Virus record (IMG/VR): IMGVR_UViG_3300032233_000817
Span: 1 to 55,896 of that record
Reading direction: 5' to 3' (one strand)
Source of the DNA: a virus
Taxonomy: Duplodnaviria > Caudoviricetes
DNA: 55,896 nucleotides
The position numbers were made by a program, and so were the translations under genes. Below the pieces are notes generated by a model that saw only the letters and a program-made list of their open reading frames with translations, did no database searches and was not told the DNA's origin. Below, one piece after another: positions 16,608 to 26,216 of this stretch; within the stretch, counting starts at the first letter, position 1; each line of letters starts with the position of its first letter.

Positions 16608-16885
16608 CTAGGTTAACAGAAATATTAAAAAGTTATAGAAGCAAAATAAAAAAAGTAATCAAAGATAATGTGAACCACCCATCACATTACACACAAGGCG
16701 CAATCGAATGTATTGACGCTATCAAGGAAGCCACTAAAGGACTATTTGGAATCGAGGCCGTATGCACGGCTAACATTATTAAATATGTTTGGCGATGGAA
16801 ATTCAAAAACGGATTAGAGGATTTAGACAAGGCCTCATGGTATCTAGACAGATTAAAACAAGAAGTCCGAAACAATAAAAAATAA
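16604..16885 (+). CDS. DUF3310 / T7 gp1.7-like protein
   Basis: DNVNHPSHY..G.IECID, NIIKYVWRW..KNGLEDL.KA.WYL. Confidence 0.9.
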   Translation: MTRLTEILKSYRSKIKKVIKDNVNHPSHYTQGAIECIDAIKEATKGLFGIEAVCTANIIKYVWRWKFKNGLEDLDKASWYLDRLKQEVRNNKK

Positions 16886-16934
16886 CAAAGAACAGGCATC
16901 ATAGGACTATAGACGGCAAGTATAGGAGATCATT

Positions 16935-17321
16935 ATGTTAGATCAAGCATTGTTATGCCTCGCTACAACCATTTACATGGAGTCGGCCGGGGAAAGTAAA
17001 CAAGCTCAAATTGCAGTAGGGTATGTATTAATGCGAAGAGCCGAGTTTGAACACAAGAACGTATGCTATCAAATGAAACGTCCGGCACAATTTAGTTGGT
17101 ATGGTTTAGCCAAGCCACCTTCGGTGATCCGACAAGAATATAAAGACATCGCATATAGAGTATTACATAGATTAGAAATAGATTATAGTTACGGAGCAAC
17201 ACATTTTCATGACACGACTATCACAAAACCGAAATCGTGGTATAGTTTAAAACCTGTAGTTAAGTGGTCGCGCTTAATATTTTATAAACAGGAGGAGGTT
17301 AAATATGCAAGAAACCCTTAA
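16935..17321 (+). CDS. SleB/CwlJ-like cell wall hydrolase
   Basis: CLA..IY.ES.GE, QFSW, GATHFH motifs (Hydrolase_2). Confidence 0.85.
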   Translation: MLDQALLCLATTIYMESAGESKQAQIAVGYVLMRRAEFEHKNVCYQMKRPAQFSWYGLAKPPSVIRQEYKDIAYRVLHRLEIDYSYGATHFHDTTITKPKSWYSLKPVVKWSRLIFYKQEEVKYARNP

Positions 17322-17571
17322 AAGCGGAATACCTAAACAACCATACGCATGGTCGACAGAAGAATTTAATATCAATGGTGAATTAGTGTGGTCGTCAATT
17401 ACACAATTTAGGCCGAAAGAACTCTCATGGATACGAGATCTACCCAATAAAAAACATTACATAACAATCACTCCATTATATAAGTGTGAAGAAAAAGCAG
17501 AGAAGATTACGGGCATTAAAAGTTATAAAGAATCAACACAACGAATGATGGAGGCATACAATGGACTCTAA
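17305..17571 (+). CDS. Hypothetical protein
   Basis: 88 aa, GGAGG RBS. Confidence 0.65.
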   Translation: MQETLKSGIPKQPYAWSTEEFNINGELVWSSITQFRPKELSWIRDLPNKKHYITITPLYKCEEKAEKITGIKSYKESTQRMMEAYNGL

Positions 17572-17770
17572 AAAATATGACGGCACAGGGTTTGTGCTAG
17601 TGGGATTGATCGTAGGGTGTTGCATTACCTGGGGGGTTATGAAGTATAATCAAACACAGACTAAATACAAGATGAATCTTAAGTGCATACAGGGTGAACT
17701 CTATGAAGAGATCAGACCTAACTTCTATATTAAGTCACACCTTGAATGTTTTGAGCAAAGGAGTTTTTAA
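17561..17770 (+). CDS. Small membrane-anchored protein
   Basis: N-terminal hydrophobic helix, GGAGG RBS. Confidence 0.65.
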   Translation: MDSKKYDGTGFVLVGLIVGCCITWGVMKYNQTQTKYKMNLKCIQGELYEEIRPNFYIKSHLECFEQRSF

Positions 17771-17979
17771 TGGCTAGAGTTAAAAAAGCACAATTAAAAG
17801 TGTTAAGTGTAAAAGAAAAAGGTGATACATGGTATATCACAGTAGACACCAATGAAGAAGGTCGTAGAATACTTATGCAAGCTGGTATAGACCTAGCCTT
17901 GAAAAACATGGTAGACGATAATATAGATAAACTATCATGGTGGGGAAGATTTAAATACGCTTGGAGAAATGCTAAATGA
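17770..17979 (+). CDS. Hypothetical protein
   Basis: 69 aa, TAATG coupling. Confidence 0.65.
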   Translation: MARVKKAQLKVLSVKEKGDTWYITVDTNEEGRRILMQAGIDLALKNMVDDNIDKLSWWGRFKYAWRNAK

Positions 17980-18206
17980 CTTGGAACTATAGAATTATTA
18001 AACGAGTAGCTAAAGATGAACCTAGATACTATTACGCACTAAATGAAGTATTTTATCAAGAAACAGGCGAGTTGATGGCGTTTAGTGATTCAGACACAAT
18101 TGTAGCTAGTAGTCCTAAAGAAATTATAAAAGTATTAAAAATGATGTTAGCTGATGCTAAAAAAGACAGACCTATATTAACAGAGAAAGATTTTGAAAAG
18201 AAATGA
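17976..18206 (+). CDS. Conserved phage hypothetical protein
   Basis: MTWNYRI...EVFY motif. Confidence 0.7.
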   Translation: MTWNYRIIKRVAKDEPRYYYALNEVFYQETGELMAFSDSDTIVASSPKEIIKVLKMMLADAKKDRPILTEKDFEKK

Positions 18207-18379
18207 TTCCGTTTAGTCATGCAGTAATAGATAGTGATGGTGAAGTCATACGCCAATATCGATGGTCTGTCAAGGAAGCTAAGTGGCACAAAGATCAAGG
18301 TAAGAACGTAGTAAAATTAGATAAACCAATTGAAGTTAAAGAAGACTTATTTAAACTAGTAGGGGAGTGTTTGTTTTAA
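18203..18379 (+). CDS. Hypothetical 58-aa protein
   Basis: MIPFSHAVIDSDGEVIRQYRW...VGECLF fills the gap with coupled ends. Confidence 0.6.
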   Translation: MIPFSHAVIDSDGEVIRQYRWSVKEAKWHKDQGKNVVKLDKPIEVKEDLFKLVGECLF

Positions 18380-18636
18380 TGAATAACAAAGTAAAGACAG
18401 ATGAGCAACTCATCGAAGAAGTAAATCAATACATGGAAAAGTATCCAACTGCAACGCGTAATCAAGTTGTGTTACATGCAACAGGCAATGCTACAAGAGT
18501 AAGAAGCCTAGATAAAAGAGGTTTAATTAAATTACCTAAAGCATTACCCAAAGGAGCAAATACAAATTGGAATGGATATTTTAAAAACACCGCAGAAACA
18601 AATTCGGCAAGGAAGGGTATGAAGTATTCAGTATGA
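18379..18636 (+). CDS. Hypothetical basic protein, possibly DNA-binding
   Basis: Start MNNK, TAATG coupling. Confidence 0.6.
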   Translation: MNNKVKTDEQLIEEVNQYMEKYPTATRNQVVLHATGNATRVRSLDKRGLIKLPKALPKGANTNWNGYFKNTAETNSARKGMKYSV

Positions 18637-18824
18637 ATGATGATGTTGATAACGCTAATGATTTCATGCAACACATGATAGATGTAGGAGTAAAAAATGC
18701 GCACGATAAAATCAAAAAACCTTCTAATCAAACAGGGAAGTGTATATGGTGTGAAGTCCCAGTCAAAGACGATCGCCGTTGGTGTTCCATCGAGTGCCGT
18801 AATGAATTTGAAAAATACGCATAA
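18633..18824 (+). CDS. TraR/DksA-like C4 zinc-finger protein
   Basis: N-terminal DDVDNA (DxxDxA) helix plus CxxC...CxxxC. Confidence 0.6.
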   Translation: MNDDVDNANDFMQHMIDVGVKNAHDKIKKPSNQTGKCIWCEVPVKDDRRWCSIECRNEFEKYA

Positions 18825-18840
18825 TAAAAGGAGAGAGATT

Positions 18841-19113
18841 GTGCAAAACGCAAAATTAAATAACTTTGACCCTCAAGCACGGGTAGCAATACGAGTGTTT
18901 GAAGATTGGCAAATGAAAATATTTAAAAAGAACGCGAAGAAAGGTTGGAGATTCTTTCAGCCCGATCAATTTGATAAGCCTACACCGCGCAGTGCGAGGG
19001 AAGCATGGGGCGCACCATATAAACCTGATACATTCGAAAAGAACGAAGATAGAAATAGTAAAATAATGGTTGCAGTAGTAGCAGTTGCCCTGCTAGTATT
19101 ATCAACCTTATGA
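18841..19113 (+). CDS. Hypothetical protein with C-terminal membrane anchor
   Basis: GTG start after AGGAG; PRSAREAWG motif; hydrophobic tail. Confidence 0.6.
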   Translation: MQNAKLNNFDPQARVAIRVFEDWQMKIFKKNAKKGWRFFQPDQFDKPTPRSAREAWGAPYKPDTFEKNEDRNSKIMVAVVAVALLVLSTL

Positions 19114-20963
19114 AACTAATCACACTAGACTTTGAAACCTACTACGATGTAGGTTTTTCTCTTTCAGGATTAACCACGGAAGAATACGTAAATGACTTAC
19201 AATTTCAAGTCATAGGGGTGGCTATTAAAATAGACGATGGCAAAACCGAATGGCACACAGGAGAACAGGCATCAAAAGCACTCGCCTGCATTGACTGGAA
19301 AAACGCCATGTTACTTTGCCACAACACGCAGTTTGATGGCACAATTCTTAAATGGACTTACGGACACGAACCCGCCGGGTATTTTGACACACTATCCATG
19401 GCTCGCGCTTTGCACGGCGTAGATGTCGGCGGGTCACTTAAAGTTTTGGCAGAACGATACAAACTAGGCGAAAAAGGCACAGAAGTCCTAAACGCTAAAG
19501 GCAAGCGACTTGAAGACTTTCAAGAATATGAGCTACATCAGTATGGACTATACTGCATAAACGATGTAGAACTCACCTACGATCTCTTTAAGATCCTATC
19601 TAAGAAATTTCCTTATCCTGAATTAAAACTTATTGATATTACGTTAAAGATGTTTATTAGCCCTTCTTTACGGCTAGATAGCGATTTGCTTGAAGAGCGC
19701 CTTAATGAAGTGCAAGCAGAAAAACAAAAATTACTACAAGGCCTTATGGCTAAGCTTCAATGTGATACAGAAGAAGAAGTGCGTAAGAAGCTTGCCAGCA
19801 ACCAGCAGTTTGCAAAGATTTTAGAAGAACTTCATATTCCTGTGCCTATGAAAGAAAGCAACACAACAGGAAAAGAAACCTTTGCTCTGGCTAAAACAGA
19901 CCAAGGGTTTTTAGCACTGCAAGAACACGAAGATTCTTTTGTGCAAGACTTATGTGCCGTTAGACTAGGGACTAAATCAACTATTGAAGAATCTAGAATC
20001 AAACGATTTATTGATATCGCAAGACGTAATCAGGGATTTCTTCCTATCCCGCTTAAATACTATGGTGCACATACAGGACGGTGGGCAGGGGCGGACAAAG
20101 TTAATTTTCAAAACTTACCCTCACGCGATGCTAAAAAGAAAGCACTTAAGAATGCAATTCTCCCCCCTGATAATCATGTGATACTTAATGTAGACTCCTC
20201 ACAGATCGAAGCACGGATACTTGTGTGGCTTGCGGGACAATACGACCAGGTAGAGCTCTATAGAAAAAACCGCGATGTGTATTGTGACTTTGCCACGCGC
20301 GTATATAACAAAACTATTACCAAAAAAAATAAGACTGAAAGAGCGGTAGGTAAAACTTGCATTTTAGGGTTAGGGTATGGCACAGGGTCGGATAAACTTA
20401 GAAACGTATTGAAGTTAAATGCAGGCATTGCTGTCAATGAAGAAGAAAGTAAACGCCTTGTTAAGCTCTACCGAGAACTGAATCATGAGGTAGTTAAACT
20501 TTGGGACGAATGTGACATTGCAATACGCGACATAGCATCGTGGCCTGAGGATAAACCTTCTTATTATTTAGGGGCAACAAAATGTGTTCTTGTATCACCC
20601 GAAGGACTATGCCTTCCGAATGGACTCTATATACGCTACCCTAATCTACAGAAAGACAAAGAAGAAAGAGGGTATACCTATGAGTCTAGGAGAGGTAAGA
20701 TCAATCTTTGGGGCGGCAGCGTTGTAGAAAACGTGGTTCAAGCTTTAGCAAGAATTGTAATCGGCGAACAGATGATTGAAATTGATAAAAAATATAAACC
20801 CGTATTGACGGTACATGATGCGATCGTATGCACTGCTAAAAAAGAAGAGGCTGATGAAGCCTTAAACTTTGTCATGGACATTATGAAACGCGCACCTAAA
20901 TGGGCGCCGGGATTACCTGTCACTTGTGAAGGAGGCCATGCGGAAAACTATGGAGACTGTTAA
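19110..20963 (+). CDS. polA: Family A DNA polymerase with 3'-5' exonuclease domain
   Basis: ExoI LDFET, HNTQFD, TGRW, motif A DSSQIEAR, motif B R..GK..ILG..YG, motif C VHD. Confidence 0.95.
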   Translation: MKLITLDFETYYDVGFSLSGLTTEEYVNDLQFQVIGVAIKIDDGKTEWHTGEQASKALACIDWKNAMLLCHNTQFDGTILKWTYGHEPAGYFDTLSMARALHGVDVGGSLKVLAERYKLGEKGTEVLNAKGKRLEDFQEYELHQYGLYCINDVELTYDLFKILSKKFPYPELKLIDITLKMFISPSLRLDSDLLEERLNEVQAEKQKLLQGLMAKLQCDTEEEVRKKLASNQQFAKILEELHIPVPMKESNTTGKETFALAKTDQGFLALQEHEDSFVQDLCAVRLGTKSTIEESRIKRFIDIARRNQGFLPIPLKYYGAHTGRWAGADKVNFQNLPSRDAKKKALKNAILPPDNHVILNVDSSQIEARILVWLAGQYDQVELYRKNRDVYCDFATRVYNKTITKKNKTERAVGKTCILGLGYGTGSDKLRNVLKLNAGIAVNEEESKRLVKLYRELNHEVVKLWDECDIAIRDIASWPEDKPSYYLGATKCVLVSPEGLCLPNGLYIRYPNLQKDKEERGYTYESRRGKINLWGGSVVENVVQALARIVIGEQMIEIDKKYKPVLTVHDAIVCTAKKEEADEALNFVMDIMKRAPKWAPGLPVTCEGGHAENYGDC

Positions 20964-21457
20964 TGAGACCCTACTATGAACTAGAAAAGAAATCTACCAT
21001 AACACAAAGCCTTGTTGATACGGCTCATGACTCAACGGAATGGATAGATTATTTTAATTTTAAAGCTAAGCTTGTACCGCCCGAAGTATTATTTCAAGAT
21101 GAGTTTTTTAGATGGTTAGTTAAACGATATGATTTTATAGCGGGTATCCTAAAACTAGACCCCTACACTTGCTACGATTGGCATACAGACACAAGGCGTG
21201 GCGTCGGCATCAATATGTTACTTACCCCACACGCAAGAAGTTTCTGTGCTTTTGCCCCAAAGAAGTCTGAACAAGTCTTTAAGATAGAAGAACTTCCTTA
21301 TAAACCAATGACTTATTATTTATTTAACACACAAGTAGAACACACAGTGTATAATTTCGAAGCGACAAGATATTTACTAAGTATTGAGTTTGCTAAAAAT
21401 AAAAATGAATTATCTTTTGATCAACTCATGAAGGATATAAAGGGTAACTATGAGTAA
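20963..21457 (+). CDS. Putative cupin/2OG-Fe(II) oxygenase-like protein
   Basis: WHTD (HxD), distal H in FNTQVEHTV, terminal R; beta-rich. Confidence 0.55.
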   Translation: MRPYYELEKKSTITQSLVDTAHDSTEWIDYFNFKAKLVPPEVLFQDEFFRWLVKRYDFIAGILKLDPYTCYDWHTDTRRGVGINMLLTPHARSFCAFAPKKSEQVFKIEELPYKPMTYYLFNTQVEHTVYNFEATRYLLSIEFAKNKNELSFDQLMKDIKGNYE

Positions 21458-21626
21458 AAATACTGCACAAAACGATATAACGGGAGATTGGTTACAGTCT
21501 AAACCTAACAACGAACAGTTTGAAAAGAACTTTGATTTAATATTTAGAAAGAAAAAAGAGTTACCCGAATACGAACTTAATAAATCATCGGGTAATGTCC
21601 AAAAAAAAGATACAAATGGTAACTAA
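21450..21626 (+). CDS. Small hypothetical protein (58 aa)
   Basis: NDITGD...NFDLIFRK motif; below the track cutoff. Confidence 0.6.
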   Translation: MSKNTAQNDITGDWLQSKPNNEQFEKNFDLIFRKKKELPEYELNKSSGNVQKKDTNGN

Positions 21627-21756
21627 AGTTAAACAAACAAAAATAGTAAGAGAAGCGGTTCACAAACGCACCTCACAGGGTGGGCGATGTGTTAAAACAA
21701 GCACCATGGGTAAATGTAAAAAACGGGATTATAAAAAATACAGAGGGCAAGGTTAA
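21616..21756 (+). CDS. Small very basic protein (46 aa)
   Basis: HKRTSQG...KKYRGQG motif; below the track cutoff. Confidence 0.65.
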   Translation: MVTKVKQTKIVREAVHKRTSQGGRCVKTSTMGKCKKRDYKKYRGQG

Positions 21757-21757
21757 T

Positions 21758-22420
21758 ATGGCTGATTTTACATGGAGCTACTCAAGTTTAAAACAGTATG
21801 AAAATTGCCCTAAACAATACTATGAAGTAAAGGTACTTCAAAATTTTATAACTGAACCTACACCTCAAATGGTATATGGTACAGAGGTGCATGAAGCTTT
21901 AGAACTTTATGTAAAAGAAGGAAAAGAACTAGCCAAAAATTACCAGCGTTTTAAAAAGATGGTGGACTCATTGCTTGCAATCTCAGGTGAAAAACACACC
22001 GAGTTTAAAATGGCACTCACTAAAAAACTAGAACCCTGTGATTTTGAAGATCAAAAAAGATGGGTAAGAGGGGTAGCGGATTTAGTTATTATAGATGGCG
22101 ATCAAGCGTATGTCATTGATTATAAAACAGGAAGTAACAAGTACCCTGACCCTAAACAATTAAGGCTTATGAGTCTTATGGTTTTTGTTCATTTTCCAGA
22201 AGTCAACTCAATTAAAGCTGGATTATTATTTGTACTAAAAAATAGTTTTATACAAGAGAGTTACACGCGAGACGACATTCATAAATCATGGAAATCATTT
22301 GATCAATCATTAATACGTCTAACAAATTCATATGATACTAATGAATGGATACCTAACCCAACGCCTTTATGTGGGTGGTGCCCGGTTGACACTTGCGAAC
22401 ACCATAAACCACGCAGATAA
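21758..22420 (+). CDS. PD-(D/E)XK (RecB/Cas4-like) exonuclease
   Basis: WSYSS...CP, GTEVH, G.ADL, IDYKTG, CxWCP...C; start moved to MADF. Confidence 0.9.
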   Translation: MADFTWSYSSLKQYENCPKQYYEVKVLQNFITEPTPQMVYGTEVHEALELYVKEGKELAKNYQRFKKMVDSLLAISGEKHTEFKMALTKKLEPCDFEDQKRWVRGVADLVIIDGDQAYVIDYKTGSNKYPDPKQLRLMSLMVFVHFPEVNSIKAGLLFVLKNSFIQESYTRDDIHKSWKSFDQSLIRLTNSYDTNEWIPNPTPLCGWCPVDTCEHHKPRR

Positions 22421-22914
22421 TGTATATTAAATACTGCACAGTATGTACTAAAAAATTTTCATCTGTGCACCCTAACTTTTTGTGTTGTTCACATGAATGT
22501 TCTGCAATTAATAAGGTAAATACAAGGTATAAAAGAATAAACGGTGATTGGAATGCTTATTTTAAACATCTTCTTTCTACAAAAGGTAATTCCGATTTAA
22601 CTCCGCGAAAGTTAATTAACCTATTAAAGAAACAAAACTATCGATGTGCGCTTAGTGGCGTGCCGTTAACGTGTAGCATTATACGAGGGGTTCCTTCTAG
22701 AACTAATGTAAGTATTGATAGATTATCAGCTGGCGGGGTGTATAATAGGCATAATGTTCAGCTTGTATGTCGGGCAATAAACTCATTTAGAGGGAACATG
22801 ACCGTTGATGAATTTATTAATTGGTGTAAAAAGGTAACAAAATATGCCGTATGTAAACAAACAAAGACCCCACAAAAAAGAGTACCAACAGCAACTCGCA
22901 AGAGGAGAGCATGA
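22420..22914 (+). CDS. HNH-type (homing-like) endonuclease
   Basis: N-terminal Zn finger; CALSG, SIDR...G.Y...NVQLVC..IN. Confidence 0.75.
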   Translation: MYIKYCTVCTKKFSSVHPNFLCCSHECSAINKVNTRYKRINGDWNAYFKHLLSTKGNSDLTPRKLINLLKKQNYRCALSGVPLTCSIIRGVPSRTNVSIDRLSAGGVYNRHNVQLVCRAINSFRGNMTVDEFINWCKKVTKYAVCKQTKTPQKRVPTATRKRRA

Positions 22915-23158
22915 AAAGCGTATGGAACGCCAGAGAGCTCGCCGCGCTGTAGATAAAAAAGGTAAAGACTTTAATAATAATGGTAAAGCTGATATGCGCG
23001 AGGGCAAGGACATTGCTCATAAAGTCGCTCTATCTAAAGGCGGCAGTAATAAAAACGGTTATACCATCCAATCTCCAACTAAAAATCGTTCGTTCAAAAG
23101 AAACTCTTCCCACGGTTTAGTATCAGAAACTAGCACAAAAGAACGTAAGAAAAAATAA
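22844..23158 (+). CDS. HNH-like basic protein
   Basis: GKDIAHK..LSKGGSN...NRS motif. Confidence 0.75.
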   Translation: MPYVNKQRPHKKEYQQQLARGEHEKRMERQRARRAVDKKGKDFNNNGKADMREGKDIAHKVALSKGGSNKNGYTIQSPTKNRSFKRNSSHGLVSETSTKERKKK

Positions 23159-23170
23159 ATCAAATAATAC

Positions 23171-23199
23171 TTGACGCACTAAACTATTAAGTCCATACT
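23171..23199 (+). promoter_or_regulatory. Promoter upstream of the helicase gene
   Basis: TTGACG-17-CATACT preceded by ATCAAATAATAC. Confidence 0.7.
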
Positions 23200-23219
23200 T
23201 AAGTTTCTTTGAGAGGGGA

Positions 23220-24791
23220 ATGATGGAACTAATAGATAACAAACAAGTTAAGATCGTTGTGCCTATTGATGTGGCCAAAGTAATACAAGAACACATTGAA
23301 AAAGTTGAAGTACTTAAAACAGAAAAAAATTTAGTTCATCTATTAATCCATTGGGGCATCGCAGAAATGATACAACTTAATCAGTTGTGTCTTTTTAAAA
23401 ACCCTCTTCCTTCACCCATTATTAAAGATTATAAATGGACAGGAAGGTTTCATCCGTTTGACCATCAAAAAGTAACTTCCGAATTTTTATCTATTCAATC
23501 TAGAGCTTTTTGTTTTAATGAAGCGGGCACAGGAAAAACTTCATCAGTACTTTGGGCTTGTGATTATTTGATGAACATGGGCATTATTAAACGTGTGCTT
23601 ATCATTTGCCCACTTTCCATTATGACCTCTGCGTGGAAAAATGATATTTATAATACATGCGTTCATCGTGTGCCGGGTGAAGCTTATGGTACTGCAGATG
23701 ATCGACGACTAATTATTAATAACCCCCGATATGAATTTGTCATTATAAATTACGATGGTGTTGCTATTGTTAAAGACGATATTGACAAAGCCAACTTTGA
23801 TTTAATTGTGGTAGACGAGGCCAATGCTTATAAATCTGTGACTACAACTCGGTGGAAAACTTTAAACAAACTTGTTAAACCTACAACAAAACTTTGGATG
23901 CTAACAGGAACGCCAGCAGCGCAGTCCCCTGTAGATGCGTATGGATTGGCAAGATTAGTATGCCCGTATCGTGTACCTAAATTTTCAAGTGCATGGCGGG
24001 ATATTGTCATGTATCAGATAAGCCGATTTAAATGGCTCCCACGAAATGGAAGTGAGCATAAAGTATTTAATACACTCCAACCCGCAATTCGTTTTGCTAA
24101 AGAAGATTGTTTGGATCTGCCTGACATTGTTTATCAAACACGCATTGTGCCATTATCAAAGAGTGTAGAGAAATTTTACCAAGAATTAAAAAAAGAGTTT
24201 TTAATTGAAGCGGCTGGGCAAGAAATTAGTTCGGTAAACGCGGCGGCTAACATGACAAAACTTTTACAAATTTCAGGTGGTGCTGTTTACACTGACGATA
24301 AAAAAGTTGTTGAGTTTGATATATCTCCCCGTCTTAAAGAATTACATGAAGTCATTGACCAGACCTCGCATAAACTTTTAGTGTTTGTTCCTTATCGACA
24401 CACCATACTTATTGTTGCTGAATACTTAACAAAAATTGGAATTACAAATAGTATTATTAATGGCAGTGTAAGTAAGTCTGAACGCACTACAATTATTAAA
24501 GAATTTCAAAACGCAGAAGACCCTCGAGTATTGGTGATTCAACCTCAATCTGCGTCGCATGGAGTCACATTAACCCGCGCAGACACTGTTGTATTTTGGT
24601 CACCTGTGATGAGCGTAGAAACTTATGTGCAGTGCATTGCTAGAATTCAACGGGTAGGACAAAAAAATAATATGACTGTAGTTCATTTGCAAGGTTCTGA
24701 AATTGAAAAGAGGATGTATGGCATGTTGCAGCAAAAGGTAACTGCGCATACAAGTTTAGTAGATTTATATAGAGAGGAGATCGGAATATGA
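23220..24791 (+). CDS. SNF2-family (SF2) helicase
   Basis: EAGTGKT, VVDEA, LTGTP, HGVTL, RIQRVGQ motifs. Confidence 0.92.
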   Translation: MMELIDNKQVKIVVPIDVAKVIQEHIEKVEVLKTEKNLVHLLIHWGIAEMIQLNQLCLFKNPLPSPIIKDYKWTGRFHPFDHQKVTSEFLSIQSRAFCFNEAGTGKTSSVLWACDYLMNMGIIKRVLIICPLSIMTSAWKNDIYNTCVHRVPGEAYGTADDRRLIINNPRYEFVIINYDGVAIVKDDIDKANFDLIVVDEANAYKSVTTTRWKTLNKLVKPTTKLWMLTGTPAAQSPVDAYGLARLVCPYRVPKFSSAWRDIVMYQISRFKWLPRNGSEHKVFNTLQPAIRFAKEDCLDLPDIVYQTRIVPLSKSVEKFYQELKKEFLIEAAGQEISSVNAAANMTKLLQISGGAVYTDDKKVVEFDISPRLKELHEVIDQTSHKLLVFVPYRHTILIVAEYLTKIGITNSIINGSVSKSERTTIIKEFQNAEDPRVLVIQPQSASHGVTLTRADTVVFWSPVMSVETYVQCIARIQRVGQKNNMTVVHLQGSEIEKRMYGMLQQKVTAHTSLVDLYREEIGI

Positions 24792-25192
24792 GTGATGTAA
24801 AAGTAGATTCTTTGGTTAGTACCTATCTTACTATCAGACGAGAGCGAGAGAAGTTAGCCAAAAAATATGAGCAAGAGGATGCAGTTTTCAAAGAACAGAT
24901 GGAGCGTTTAGAGGAAGCTATGCTTGCGACGTGTAATCAAATTGGTGCGGAAACACTACGCACTGAACATGGCACTATTATTAAAACTTTAAAAGAGAAT
25001 TATGTTTGTGGTGATTGGGATAATTTCAAAAAGTACATTATTGAAAACGATGCGCTTGAGTTATTACAACAACGCTTAAGTCAAACTAATTTTAAAGAAT
25101 TTTTAAGCACAAGAGGAGAAGAAGGATTGCCTCCTGGAATTAGTACTATGAGAGAGTTCAAAATTAGTGTACGTAAACCAACCAATAAATAA
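24788..25192 (+). CDS. Conserved replication-module hypothetical protein
   Basis: Coiled coil followed by RTEHGT, DWD.F, LPPG motifs. Confidence 0.7.
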   Translation: MSDVKVDSLVSTYLTIRREREKLAKKYEQEDAVFKEQMERLEEAMLATCNQIGAETLRTEHGTIIKTLKENYVCGDWDNFKKYIIENDALELLQQRLSQTNFKEFLSTRGEEGLPPGISTMREFKISVRKPTNK

Positions 25193-25203
25193 GGAGAAAT
25201 ATC

Positions 25204-25875
25204 ATGGCCCAACAGCCTATTACATTTACAACGCCTAAAGGCATTGCGCAGTACCCTTGGTTATCTAAACCAGATACCAAGTTTTCTGAAGAAGGAGAAT
25301 ACAAGGTTAGTCTTATTCTTTCTAAGGAAGAAGCTATTCCTATTCTAAAACAAATCAACGAAGTATTTGCTGAGAATGTTGCAGCTGAGTCCAAAAAGAA
25401 TGGGGGCAAAGATATTAAAAAAGCACCTCCTCCATACATGGAACAACTTGATGATGCAGGTAATTCGACAGGAAAAGTTATCCTTAAATTTAAATCTAAA
25501 GCTGCTTACAAACCTGCTATTTTTGATGCAAAGGGTATCCCTATGATTGATAGTAATGTTTGGGGCGGTTCAGAAATTAAAATAAATGGATCTATTGCCC
25601 CCTACTACACTCCTTTGATTGGCGCGGGGGTAGCATTGAGACTCCGAGCCGTTCAAGTTATTCAATATGTAGATGCTTCAACGGGTGCGGCTTCAAAATT
25701 TGGGTTTGAGGAAGAGGTAGGTTATGAACATCAAGCCACTGAAACTTTTGAAAGCATAGCTGCTTCGCCTGTAGCAAGTGTAGAAGACGAACCAAAAGTG
25801 CGAGCACCAAGTAAACCGCCTGTAGAACCTGCAGATGACCTATCTGATATCATCAATCAGTGGGCAATTAAATAG
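25204..25875 (+). CDS. T7 gp2.5-like single-stranded DNA-binding protein
   Basis: FTTPKG.A.YPWL..PD, GGSE.K, G..LRL.AVQVI, acidic tail. Confidence 0.8.
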   Translation: MAQQPITFTTPKGIAQYPWLSKPDTKFSEEGEYKVSLILSKEEAIPILKQINEVFAENVAAESKKNGGKDIKKAPPPYMEQLDDAGNSTGKVILKFKSKAAYKPAIFDAKGIPMIDSNVWGGSEIKINGSIAPYYTPLIGAGVALRLRAVQVIQYVDASTGAASKFGFEEEVGYEHQATETFESIAASPVASVEDEPKVRAPSKPPVEPADDLSDIINQWAIK

Positions 25876-25883
25876 GAGGCCTT

Positions 25884-26216
25884 ATGCCGAAAAAATATAG
25901 TCAGTCATTTTTAATTGAACTGAATAGTTTTGATGAAGATAGACCTGGCGTGTTATTGGCAAAGGCTTGCGTAAATGCAGACCTTCCCATTATAGAAATT
26001 GCTAAGGTCTTTGGAGTATCCCGGATGACTGTTCACAGTTGGTTCCGGGGTTCCCCGATTCGAGATAAGAATGCAATTAAAATTAAAAAATTTTTAAAAG
26101 CACTTGAAGAAGAGTGGACATTTCAATTAGAGAACCACACTGAAGAGCTACCTATCTCAAGTATAAAACAAGCAAGGGCTTTTTTAGAGAGCAAAATTAT
26201 CCCTAAAATAAGTTGA
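25884..26216 (+). CDS. HTH DNA-binding protein
   Basis: IAKVFGVSRMTVHSWF helix-turn-helix. Confidence 0.75.
   Translation: MPKKYSQSFLIELNSFDEDRPGVLLAKACVNADLPIIEIAKVFGVSRMTVHSWFRGSPIRDKNAIKIKKFLKALEEEWTFQLENHTEELPISSIKQARAFLESKIIPKIS

Noticed and set aside
21758-22420. cas4 gene
   Set aside because: Stand-alone phage PD-(D/E)XK nuclease in a replication module, with no cas1/cas2 or array
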